Below, piece after piece: positions 37,265 through 46,042 of a stretch of DNA of 64,000 nt (the stretch's first letter is position 1; every line of letters begins with the position of its first letter). The stretch spans positions 286,090-350,089 of the IMG/VR virus record IMGVR_UViG_3300003322_000571; one strand, 5' to 3'. A program made the translations under genes and the position numbers. Below the pieces are notes generated by a model, which worked only from the letters and a program-made list of their open reading frames with translations, searched no databases and was not told where the DNA came from.

Positions 37265-38274
37265 TTATCCATGATTTCCGAAATTGAACGACCGGTGTGA
37301 ATTCGGTTGATTGCCTCTGCGAGAGTATGTGCACAGCTGATCTGACGAACTTTCGACTTACTTTGAACGATCGTTGCTTCTTCGCGATCGTCCTCAGAAA
37401 TCTGAATCAGATTGACCGTTTCGAATTCAGAACGAAGCGGAATCGAGTCAGTGACAATCAGTTCTTCCAATAGGCTATTGTTCAGATTCTCGACAGCTGC
37501 GCCTGACAAAACACCGTGAGTTGCATACGCGATCACTCGGCGAGCACCGCCACGTTCAATAAGTGCGTTAGCAGCTTTAGCAAGAGTACCAGCGGTATCG
37601 ACCATGTCGTCAATAATGATGCAAGTGCGGTCGGTAACATCACCAATGATGTTCATCACTTCGGACACGTTTGCCTTCGGCCGACGCTTATCAACGATTG
37701 CAAGATCGATATCCTGTGCTAGTTTTGCAACATGCCGCGCACGCGCGACGCCACCAACGTCAGGAGAAACGATGATCGGATTTTCATCACGCCACTTGTG
37801 ATAGATGTCCGACACGAACAAATTGCTTGCAGTCAGATTGTCAACGGGAATGTGAAAGAAGCCTTGGATCTGTGTTGCATGCAGGTCAATCACCATTACA
37901 TGATCGACACCTGCACTTTGCAGAATGTCTGCAGTAACACGAGCAGAGATTGGAACGCGACTGAAACCCGGCCGGCGATCTTGCCGTGCATATCCGTAAT
38001 AAGGAATGACAGCAATCACTTTCTGTGCAGCTGAACGCTTGAGGGCGTCTGCCATTAGAGCAAGTTCCATCAGCGTATCGTTCGCAGGAGCACACGTTGG
38101 TTGAATCACATATGCATGGCAGCCACGAACGTTGTCACGAAGTTCGACACGAATCTCACCATCACTGAAGCGAGTGACTTCTGTTCGTTCCAGTTTGACG
38201 CCCAGTTTTTTCGCGACACCTTCGGCCAGTTTCGGGTTTGCAGTTCCCGCAAACAACTTCATTTCACCATTCAT
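37261..38274 (-). CDS. prs: ribose-phosphate pyrophosphokinase (class I PRPP synthetase)
   Basis: RFSDGE, PYYGYARQDR, DLHA.QIQGFF, SPDVGG, IDDMVDTAGTL. Confidence 0.95.
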   Translation of the reverse strand: MNGEMKLFAGTANPKLAEGVAKKLGVKLERTEVTRFSDGEIRVELRDNVRGCHAYVIQPTCAPANDTLMELALMADALKRSAAQKVIAVIPYYGYARQDRRPGFSRVPISARVTADILQSAGVDHVMVIDLHATQIQGFFHIPVDNLTASNLFVSDIYHKWRDENPIIVSPDVGGVARARHVAKLAQDIDLAIVDKRRPKANVSEVMNIIGDVTDRTCIIIDDMVDTAGTLAKAANALIERGGARRVIAYATHGVLSGAAVENLNNSLLEELIVTDSIPLRSEFETVNLIQISEDDREEATIVQSKSKVRQISCAHTLAEAINRIHTGRSISEIMDK

Positions 38275-38397
38275 ATATTGCTCCAGATCACTTTTTGGAG
38301 CGTGCATATTACACGGTGAATTTTCACCTTAAAACGAGCTTGAGTTGCTATATACATTAGCAAAGCACGTGTTTTACACACATATACAGGAGCTACA

Positions 38398-38967
38398 ATG
38401 GCAAGTTTTGACAAAGCGATTCCAGTCATCCTCCAACATGAGGGCGGATGGGTGAATAATCCAAATGATCCAGGTGGAGCAACGAACTACGGCATCTCAC
38501 TTCGTTTCTTGGCAGAACATCCGGAAGACGGTGACTTTGATGGAGACGGTGATGTTGATGCTGAGGACATCAAAGGAATGTCTGTGGACGATGCTAAGAA
38601 AATCTACAACAAGTACTGGTGGGTTAAGTACGGCTACGGCAAGTTGAACGATCAGACGATTGCTACAAAAGTATTTGACTTTTCTGTTAATATGGGAGCA
38701 TCACGTGCTCACAAACTTCTTCAGCAAGCTCTCAATAAGGCTTTTGGTTTGAAGTTGACAGTTGACGGGATCCTTGGTCCTGCGTCATTCAGCGTACTCA
38801 ATTCAATTGCTGATGGTGACCAAGAACAGAAACTGATCACTGCTTATTGTAATGAAGCGTGGGCATTCTACCAAGGTTTGGTAGCTAATAACCCTAAACT
38901 CGCTGTGTTCCAAAAAGGCTGGAAGAATCGCGCGTACAGCATCTCTGTTGCAAATACGTATAGTTGA
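38398..38967 (+). CDS. glycoside hydrolase family 108 endolysin with PG-binding domain
   Basis: HEGGWVN.PNDPGGATNYGI; VDGILGP; GWKNR. Confidence 0.92.
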   Translation: MASFDKAIPVILQHEGGWVNNPNDPGGATNYGISLRFLAEHPEDGDFDGDGDVDAEDIKGMSVDDAKKIYNKYWWVKYGYGKLNDQTIATKVFDFSVNMGASRAHKLLQQALNKAFGLKLTVDGILGPASFSVLNSIADGDQEQKLITAYCNEAWAFYQGLVANNPKLAVFQKGWKNRAYSISVANTYS

Positions 38968-39025
38968 TTTGGTCAGTTGATGTGATCTAATATAGCCTCC
39001 AACATCTAATATTGGAGGCTTTTTT

Positions 39026-39481
39026 ATGCCTGATTTTCCTACGTCTGTAGTGTTCCGCAAGTCTGATATCGGTATCGATATCGATGCTGTGGAGAAGCAC
39101 TATAACGCCACATTTGTTGGTGACTTTTGCTTGAAAGACCGCAATGGTCAATATGTCGAGCGAACTGTCGCTATCTTCTGGCAAGAGAAACCTCCTGTAG
39201 AAGGCTATAGTCATTATTTCGGTTTGCTAGTCAATATGAATGGCAATTTGGTAATCACATCCGGTCAATCGGCGTTTGACAAGGAGATTACTGCGCTCGT
39301 CACACCAGCGGGTGAAGTAGTATACAGCCGTCACCGTTGGGATTGTCGACAAGCTGAGACAGCCGGTTTCATGATCGACGGTGGTCGTGATTACACACGA
39401 ATTGTCGGTGATATTGGTCAGAGCCGTTGGGCTACACTCAAAATTGATGGTCCAACGATTAACATCGAGTACGCACCATGA
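39026..39481 (+). CDS. conserved phage hypothetical protein
   Basis: YSRHRWDC, MIDGGRDY. Confidence 0.7.
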   Translation: MPDFPTSVVFRKSDIGIDIDAVEKHYNATFVGDFCLKDRNGQYVERTVAIFWQEKPPVEGYSHYFGLLVNMNGNLVITSGQSAFDKEITALVTPAGEVVYSRHRWDCRQAETAGFMIDGGRDYTRIVGDIGQSRWATLKIDGPTINIEYAP

Positions 39482-40053
39482 AAATCGTCATCACAGGTAA
39501 CATTGGTTGCGGTAAGTCAACAGCGACTCGCGTAATCCATAGGATGCTGCCTGATTACTATCTGTTTGATTTTGATCATGTCGTGGCTAGTTTATATAGC
39601 GACGAAATTGTCCGAATGCAGCTGATCAATGCGTTTGGTACAGCAGATAAAGGACAAATCAGTGATATTGTGCATGCTGATCAAAAAGCAATGTTAAAAT
39701 TGCGCAGTATTACTGATGCAGCTATTTTGACCGCAATTTACTCAGCGAATAAAAGGGTTGATGTTATTTTTGACATCCCTTTGTATTTTGAGTTCAATGA
39801 TCTAATGCGTCTTAACCCTGACGCAGTTATTTGTGTCACTGCTGACGAAGCCAGTCAGATTGAGCGCGTAAAGGCGCGCAGCGGATTCTCTGAGGAAAAG
39901 ATTCGGTCTATCATTGCAAAACAGCTTCCTCAAGACGAGAAAGTTGCCAGAAGTGATTACCTTCTGCATAATGATGCTCCTTCAGCAGAAGTATTTGAGC
40001 AGGATGTCGCTGAGTTTATTGTGTTTCACCAAAACTTTGGATTTTTACGATGA
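39478..40053 (+). CDS. coaE: dephospho-CoA kinase
   Basis: ITGNIGCGKS, DIPLYFE, QIER..AR.G, QLP..EK. Confidence 0.85.
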   Translation: MKIVITGNIGCGKSTATRVIHRMLPDYYLFDFDHVVASLYSDEIVRMQLINAFGTADKGQISDIVHADQKAMLKLRSITDAAILTAIYSANKRVDVIFDIPLYFEFNDLMRLNPDAVICVTADEASQIERVKARSGFSEEKIRSIIAKQLPQDEKVARSDYLLHNDAPSAEVFEQDVAEFIVFHQNFGFLR

Positions 40054-40577
40054 AAACAGGTGTGATTGCTGGATCGTTTGATCCAATTACGAATGGTCAT
40101 CTTGGCTTGATTCATCAGGCTATTATGGCTGTTGACAAACTTCATATTGTTGTTGGCCACAATCCAACGAAGAAGTACATGTTTACCAGTGAAGAACGTC
40201 AGAAACTGATTCAAGATGTTCTTTTTCACAAATATGGTGAAGTTGCCGCCAAGGACATCAAGGTTGTGATTGCTGAACACGAATTGCTCGTCAATTATGC
40301 AGCTCGTGTTGGGGCGAGGTATTTGATCCGTGGTATTCGTAACGGTGCTGATTATCAGTACGAAGCGGAAATGGAACGGATTAATAAGGATATCAATCCG
40401 AGCATTGAAACGATGTTCTTTATGCCGACTCCTCGTATGTCGCAAATTAGCTCGTCGTCAGTTAAGGGACTTGTTGATTTCGAAGGCGCTGAGTCAACTG
40501 TTAAGAAATATGTGCACTCGATCGTGTACAAAGCAATGAAAGAGAAGATCAAACATGAGCGACAATCAAAGCGATAA
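40050..40577 (+). CDS. coaD: phosphopantetheine adenylyltransferase
   Basis: GSFDPITNGH, IRGIR...DYQYE, ISSSSVK. Confidence 0.92.
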   Translation: MKTGVIAGSFDPITNGHLGLIHQAIMAVDKLHIVVGHNPTKKYMFTSEERQKLIQDVLFHKYGEVAAKDIKVVIAEHELLVNYAARVGARYLIRGIRNGADYQYEAEMERINKDINPSIETMFFMPTPRMSQISSSSVKGLVDFEGAESTVKKYVHSIVYKAMKEKIKHERQSKR

Positions 40578-41067
40578 TTCTTCGTGGAGTGACTACACGG
40601 TTTATCCTAATCATCTTCATGCTATGCATCGTCGCAGTGAGGAGATTCAGAAGGAGTCGTGGCTCAATCTCAAAACCGATCCGAAGGTACTCGACAAAAT
40701 CGAACGAGCTGTCGAACAATCTCGACCGATGTTCACTCGCGAAACTGACACAAAGTACAATGCAGAACACGCTCTTCGTGAACTGCCTGACTTCGGCACG
40801 ATTAAGGTGGTCAAGTTGACGCCTAACACGTTCAAGCTAATGGACTCTGCAGTGTCGTACTGGGTGTTCAATTCGTACGGTGTTGGGATTGACGTACCGA
40901 CAGGTATCAACATTCTGCACCTACCTAAAGGACTTCAAGACGTTGATCAGTACCTCGAAAGCGGTATGTTTAACAATGCTGTGATTTACGTTATTGGTCG
41001 TGCTGAAGATGTATTCCGGTTGCAGCAACGATTCCCTAACCTCGACATTACGTTGTTGTTCGTATGA
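40555..41067 (+). CDS. hypothetical protein
   Basis: 170 aa coupled ORF. Confidence 0.65.
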   Translation: MSDNQSDNSSWSDYTVYPNHLHAMHRRSEEIQKESWLNLKTDPKVLDKIERAVEQSRPMFTRETDTKYNAEHALRELPDFGTIKVVKLTPNTFKLMDSAVSYWVFNSYGVGIDVPTGINILHLPKGLQDVDQYLESGMFNNAVIYVIGRAEDVFRLQQRFPNLDITLLFV

Positions 41068-41267
41068 GTATCTGTAGTGCTCATCGCGTAGCGCGAGATG
41101 ACTGTCCTCAATGCCAGGCAACGATCTATGATTTGATTCCAAACTTCGATCAGTTGCTTGCAGAGGCGGAAGCGTCAGGAAAGACGACTTGCCATTGTGG
41201 GTTCACTTACTACAACACAACTCCCTCTTGCCCTAAGTGTTGCAGAGGTTCACCTAAAGTAGAATAA
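41064..41267 (+). CDS. small Cys-rich (zinc finger) protein
   Basis: CPQC, CHC, CPKC. Confidence 0.55.
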   Translation: MSICSAHRVARDDCPQCQATIYDLIPNFDQLLAEAEASGKTTCHCGFTYYNTTPSCPKCCRGSPKVE

Positions 41268-41269
41268 TT

Positions 41270-41745
41270 CTTTAGGTTAATTAGACAGCGAAGACTGTCC
41301 GCTGAAACAAACAGCGTATAACTAGAAACGTCAGGAGTGCATGTCCTAACTGCCTCCGGAGTGGGAACAGGTCGCGTGGAGCCGCGACAACGAGCCCGTG
41401 GTATGAAGTCCACAGAAGTTGACCCGCTTGGAAGAGATGCCCACTTGTCTACGACTAAACTTGTAATGTCCAGGTCGCGAGGTATCTTCCAAATCAGCTG
41501 CGTTAACGCGGGGCAGGGGATTGTGATTGATACGGCTTACCTACGCTAATGTGTATTTTGCAGATACAGTCTATCCTCTGTACTTCCGCTAGGTATTCCA
41601 TAATGCCGGCATGTGATGCTGAAGATGTAGCTTGAGTGCAAACGAAAGCTACATCTGATCCGTAGGTATATCCCGCTTCGTTGTTCTCCTTATTGGGTTT
41701 GCTTAATATATACCTCATGAACTGGATAGACCAGTTCGTCTCCAT
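41270..41745 (+). ncRNA. unassigned structured RNA / long 5' leader upstream of nadM-nudix
   Basis: ~470 nt without credible ORF; many helices; group I R/S-like motifs at 41448 and 41561. Confidence 0.5.
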
Positions 41746-41762
41746 CAATGAAAGGATCTTTC

Positions 41763-42803
41763 ATGTCTTACAAGTACGACTTCCTCGTATTCATCGGCCG
41801 TTTCGAGCCATTCCATGTTGGCCACCTCCAGGTCATTCAATCTGCACTAAACCAAGCACAGAACGTAATTGTTCTTGTTGGCAGCAGCAATCAACCTCGA
41901 ACAGAAAAGAATCCGTTCACGTACGATGAACGTGTATCGATGATTTACTGGTCTTTGGAGGACTTGAATCCTGACCTTTCAGGTCGTGTCGAGGTAGTTC
42001 CTCTTCGTGACCAGAAGTATAATGACCAGAAATGGGCAGTTAACGTCCAGTCGATTGTTGATCACCGCGTCAAGTTCGTAACCCAAGGTGTGCAACGCAG
42101 TGCACGAGTTGGCTTGATTGGCCACACCAAGGATGAAAGCTCGTATTACCTGAAGATGTTTCCGCAGTGGGATCTGGTGGAACACGAGATGAACGAGGAA
42201 ATCAACGCAACTGATCTTCGTCGCTTGATCTACGAAGGTAAGAGTTTGAAGTTCCTGCAAGGTGTCGTGCCTCCAGCAGTTCACAGTCTTATCGAATCGT
42301 TCGTCAAGACACCTGAGTATCAATTGCTTGTCTCTGAGTACGAGATGATCAAGAAGTACAAGAAAGCATGGGAAGTCGCGCCATATCCACCGATTTTCGT
42401 CACTACCGATGCAATCGTTGTTCAGTCTGGTCACGTGCTATTGGTCGAGCGAGGTGCTGCACCAGGTAAAGGATTGTGGGCGTTGCCGGGTGGTTTCTTG
42501 GAGCAGAACTTGACTGTTCAACAGAACATGATTAAGGAGCTGCGTGAGGAAACGAAGCTGAAAGTGCCTGAGCCAGTATTGATTGGTAATATCAGGCAGT
42601 GGCGTGTGTTTGATCGCCCTGATCGCAGTGCTCGTGGACGTACAGTGACGCACGCAGCTCACATTGAACTTCCTGCTGGACCTCTTCCCCTTGTTAAGGG
42701 AGGCGACGATGCAGCGAAAGCACGGTGGGTGCCAATCGCAGAACTGCGCGAAGATAATATGTTCGAGGATCACTGGCACATCTTGATGCACTTCCTTGGA
42801 TAA
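41763..42803 (+). CDS. nadM: bifunctional NMN adenylyltransferase / ADP-ribose pyrophosphatase (NadM-Nudix)
   Basis: IGRFEPFHVGH, Nudix box PGGFLE...RELREET, GGDDAAKARW, FEDH. Confidence 0.94.
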   Translation: MSYKYDFLVFIGRFEPFHVGHLQVIQSALNQAQNVIVLVGSSNQPRTEKNPFTYDERVSMIYWSLEDLNPDLSGRVEVVPLRDQKYNDQKWAVNVQSIVDHRVKFVTQGVQRSARVGLIGHTKDESSYYLKMFPQWDLVEHEMNEEINATDLRRLIYEGKSLKFLQGVVPPAVHSLIESFVKTPEYQLLVSEYEMIKKYKKAWEVAPYPPIFVTTDAIVVQSGHVLLVERGAAPGKGLWALPGGFLEQNLTVQQNMIKELREETKLKVPEPVLIGNIRQWRVFDRPDRSARGRTVTHAAHIELPAGPLPLVKGGDDAAKARWVPIAELREDNMFEDHWHILMHFLG

Positions 42804-42808
42804 CCAAC

Positions 42809-42836
42809 AAAGGGGCTGTATGCCCCTTTTCTTTTT
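42809..42836 (+). terminator. intrinsic terminator
   Basis: GGGGC-TGTAT-GCCCC-TTTT. Confidence 0.75.
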
Positions 42837-42892
42837 GCTTTACATTAAGGTTACGTTGTTGTAACATAGTGTTTTCAATTACGGAGCCTTAA

Positions 42893-43345
42893 ATGGACTA
42901 TTTGGTTGGTATTGCAATGGTTGTGATGTTGTTCATCGCATGTATTCACATCGTTGCACAACTCAGCTTGGAAGACAAAGCACAGCGATGGAATCCCGTT
43001 GCAGCCCGTTACCGCAGTGCTGGAATGCAATTGATTTGTTTCACAGCACTCGCGTTTGTTCTGTTCGGTAGCCGGATGTTCCTTCGTCCCGACGTGTCGA
43101 TTGCGTACAGTGACATTGAAATCGGCGTGTACAAAAATGTCACCCAAAATGACAAGTTGCAAGACGTAATCGAAACGAAGACAATCGCAGGTTGTCAGGT
43201 CACTTTGAAAAAGACGTATCCTTTGTTCGTCACCATTGGATCGGATACCAAAGAGATCAAGTACAAGCTCCCTTGTGATCGACTTGCACCTGAGATGAAG
43301 ACTGACATCGCAAGTGTCGTCAGCTATCTCAAAGAAGAGAAGTAA
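42893..43345 (+). CDS. hypothetical two-TM membrane protein
   Basis: GGAG RBS, two hydrophobic helices. Confidence 0.7.
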   Translation: MDYLVGIAMVVMLFIACIHIVAQLSLEDKAQRWNPVAARYRSAGMQLICFTALAFVLFGSRMFLRPDVSIAYSDIEIGVYKNVTQNDKLQDVIETKTIAGCQVTLKKTYPLFVTIGSDTKEIKYKLPCDRLAPEMKTDIASVVSYLKEEK

Positions 43346-43351
43346 TGATTG

Positions 43352-43381
43352 TTGACATGTTGAGGGTAACGCATATATAGT
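43352..43381 (+). promoter_or_regulatory. sigma70-type promoter
   Basis: TTGACA-18-TATAGT. Confidence 0.65.
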
Positions 43382-43452
43382 TCTCTCAATGTTGAACAAA
43401 GCGCTCTTAATTGAGCGCTGCTTTCAAATTAAGTTGGTCAATTTTACCCTTG

Positions 43453-43481
43453 TTGACTTAATTTGAAAGCAGTGATAAAGT
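43453..43481 (+). promoter_or_regulatory. sigma70-type promoter for large ncRNA
   Basis: TTGACT-17-TAAAGT. Confidence 0.6.
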
Positions 43482-43487
43482 TCACTC

Positions 43488-44425
43488 ATCGATTCAAACA
43501 ACGAAGTTAATTCAGCGATGTTTGATCAAAGCCAAGCTGTGAAGGGACTGGTTCGATTCCAGGTGTGAGTAACAGAAGCTCTATCAAGGACGGAGCGTCA
43601 TTGTTTGGTACGTTCTTTACAATTCAAGATTTGGGGCATAGCCCGGATAACTCCAGTGATGGAGCCAAAGCCTTAATGCTACATTATGGCGCCAGAAATG
43701 GTCAATCTATGCAAGCTCAGTTCTCTCCAGAAATGGAGGCTTCGTCGGGTTATCTGGCGGAGATAACTAGGAAATGAGTGTTGTGGAAAGAACACGAGGT
43801 CAAGTGCCACGCAAGTGGGAACACAACTGAGTGGAAAGCTGGGTGGTACCGGCTTCACAACAAACCAAACTCATCAGTAGGTAAGAACAAGAGTAGTGTC
43901 AATGTCCAAGCCGGCAAGCGAGGGCTATGATGCAGTTTGAGAGGTTAGTGGTGTGTGAAACATCATTGGTCTTGAAAAACAGTTGAGTAAGCGGCAGCTG
44001 AAAGACATGGAGGTGTGTTGTATTTTGGTGGTCAAAAGCCATCGAAGCAACTGGACGCACACATCTTCGTAGCGATTTCCGGTTAAAAACCGGGTAATTC
44101 ACGGTTTATGAATATCTTTAACGCAAAAGTTGCGTCCGGTGTTGTGTGAAAGTGGCTTAATTCTGTGGCAGCAATGTAACACAGACGTCTGAAGCTCGCA
44201 AGGCAGAGGATGTTGAAAGTGAGTCGCACGTTTGGCTAGGCATAGTCGAGCGGTAGACAAACTTCGAATAGCACAACGCGACGAGGTAACCGCCAACCTC
44301 TAAATAAGGCAGTCATGCAAGGTACTCTCATGAGAGAGTGGATAAGTGTAGAACCAATGGTGTAGCAGCCAAAGGATAATGACACAAAAGTCTTGTACCA
44401 ACCGATGTAATCTCAGTCGTTTGAC
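43488..44425 (+). ncRNA. large (~940 nt) ornate noncoding RNA (GOLLD/ROOL-like class candidate)
   Basis: no credible ORF between promoter and terminator; many short hairpins (GCAA, GAAA and ATGA loops) and a T-arm at 43548-43563. Confidence 0.7.
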
Positions 44426-44464
44426 CTAACCGAACAGCATTCTGTGTTGTTCGGTTAGTCTTTT
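44426..44464 (+). terminator. terminator closing large ncRNA
   Basis: CTAACCGAACAGCA/TGTTGTTCGGTTAG 14-bp stem then TCTTTT. Confidence 0.75.
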
Positions 44465-44476
44465 ACAGATACGTAT

Positions 44477-44767
44477 ATGAACTTCGACAACATCCGAAAG
44501 GCGTGGCGTCGAGCAAAAAGCTTCAAGCTGGTCGGCAGTGTACAATTCACACCGTACAATCCCGTTGGAGCTGAAATCGCAGCAGCTAACTACTGCTTGT
44601 TGATCGACGCTGAAGGCGATCTTGTTGATGACTTAGTCCTCTTCGATAGTTGGGCTCAAAGCATTAACCGTGCATGTGATGCACGAATGATCGTCGATAG
44701 TCCAGACATTCAACACTCTCTTCGGTGCTTTGCTTCAAGGCTCTGGGTTGATCCTGAACGTCTTTGA
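44477..44767 (+). CDS. hypothetical protein
   Basis: 96 aa ATG ORF. Confidence 0.55.
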   Translation: MNFDNIRKAWRRAKSFKLVGSVQFTPYNPVGAEIAAANYCLLIDAEGDLVDDLVLFDSWAQSINRACDARMIVDSPDIQHSLRCFASRLWVDPERL

Positions 44768-44815
44768 CTAAATAGAAAGTCGGGAGACCCACTACCCTAA
44801 GTGTGGAACTTTAAA

Positions 44816-44942
44816 TACAAATGTGGTGAGCAATCACCGCCGAATGCAAACCCAACCACGTAAGTGGATGAAAGCTTCGATTACCGTAGTTAAATGGGAC
44901 TACGGAGTAGGTCTGGTTCGGAATCGCTGCCAGACATTTGTA
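44816..44942 (+). ncRNA. unassigned multi-hairpin RNA
   Basis: closing TACAAATGT/ACATTTGTA plus GCAA and GTAA tetraloop hairpins. Confidence 0.5.
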
Positions 44943-44949
44943 TACGATT

Positions 44950-45018
44950 GCGGGCGAGTGTGATGGAAGCACGTAAGGCTCATAACCTTAAGGACCTGTT
45001 CGATTCAGTGGCCACGCA
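44950..45018 (+). pseudogene. degenerate tRNA-like element, CAT anticodon
   Basis: TAAGG-CTCATAA-CCTTA arm and TTCGATT loop, bulged acceptor/T stems. Confidence 0.5.
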
Positions 45019-45114
45019 TCAAATAACATGACTTCGAGTGTTGGCATAGTGCGAATGCTCATATAACCGACTTTAATTTGCGTCCTTAGTCGGTGGGCGG
45101 TAAAAGTAGGAATC

Positions 45115-46011
45115 ATGATGTATAGCAACAAGCTAGCCGTCGCTGTGAAAGCGAGCGGCAAGGTTCTCCGTGAATTCGGAGATAAAGTGTACGTGCCATT
45201 CGGCAGTGAATACACAATCCTGATCAAGAACCTCAACAGTGTTCGTGTCCAAGTTCGTGTGACGATCGACGGAACTGACGCTACTGAAGGAACTTCTCTT
45301 GTCATCGGGGCAAATCAAGAACTAGAACTGCAACGGTTCATTAAGAACGGTAACCTCCGTGAGGGCAACCGATTCAAGTTCATCGAACGCACTTCCAAGA
45401 TTGAAAATGGACCGCGCGGTGCGAAGGTTGACGATGGTTTGATTCGTATTGAGTACGAATTTGAAAAGGTCGTTCAGCCGATCGAACCTCTAGTTTTCAA
45501 AGAAAAATGGATCAAGACGTACGAAGTTGAACGTCCCAATCCGTGGAAGACGTACCCTGACGTATGGTGCAGCACAAATAATCAGATCATCGGTTCGATC
45601 GCAAATGGCGAAGGGATGCTGATGAATACGTCGGTGACGAATGCGAATTATCTTGCTGTTGCACAAAACACTGCATCCGTTCAACCTGCGTCGTCGATCA
45701 CGATCACGACGACTGCACCGGTAAAAACCAAAGGTGCTCTCCGTTGTGCTACAAAACCACAATTGAATGAAACAGGTATTACCGTTGCTGGCAGTAAGAG
45801 CGAACAGCAATTCAGAACAGTTTCATCATTCCCTGTGGAGTCAACAACGCATTCACTTGTTATCCACTTGCTTGGTGAGACAGAGACAGGAAAGTCGGTA
45901 AGGGAAGCTGTAACCGTTAAGGCAAAGCCGAAATGCACGACTTGCGGACACTTGAACAAAGCTACTGCTAAGTTCTGTACAGAATGTGGAACCGCACTAG
46001 AGATCATCTAA
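45115..46011 (+). CDS. hypothetical protein with C-terminal double zinc ribbon
   Basis: CTTCG...FCTECG; conserved-looking beta-rich N-terminus. Confidence 0.8.
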   Translation: MMYSNKLAVAVKASGKVLREFGDKVYVPFGSEYTILIKNLNSVRVQVRVTIDGTDATEGTSLVIGANQELELQRFIKNGNLREGNRFKFIERTSKIENGPRGAKVDDGLIRIEYEFEKVVQPIEPLVFKEKWIKTYEVERPNPWKTYPDVWCSTNNQIIGSIANGEGMLMNTSVTNANYLAVAQNTASVQPASSITITTTAPVKTKGALRCATKPQLNETGITVAGSKSEQQFRTVSSFPVESTTHSLVIHLLGETETGKSVREAVTVKAKPKCTTCGHLNKATAKFCTECGTALEII

Positions 46012-46014
46012 ACG

Positions 46015-46042
46015 AAAAAAGAGCGCCAATTGGCGCTCTTTT
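46015..46042. terminator. bidirectional terminator
   Basis: AAAAAA-GAGCGCC-AATT-GGCGCTC-TTTT. Confidence 0.85.

Noticed and set aside
37261-38274. NARP1 ADPR-PP synthetase (Adps)
   Set aside because: The sequence retains all canonical class I Prs motifs, and no adjacent Namat-like gene is present.
41280-41550. RNase P RNA (GAAGTCC and CGGCTTA resemble the P4 strands)
   Set aside because: The matches are partial, the GAGGAAAGUCC and ACAGAA contexts are missing, and the spacing is too short.
41503-41748. 81-aa minus-strand ORF
   Set aside because: No RBS or motif; lies antisense within the structured RNA.
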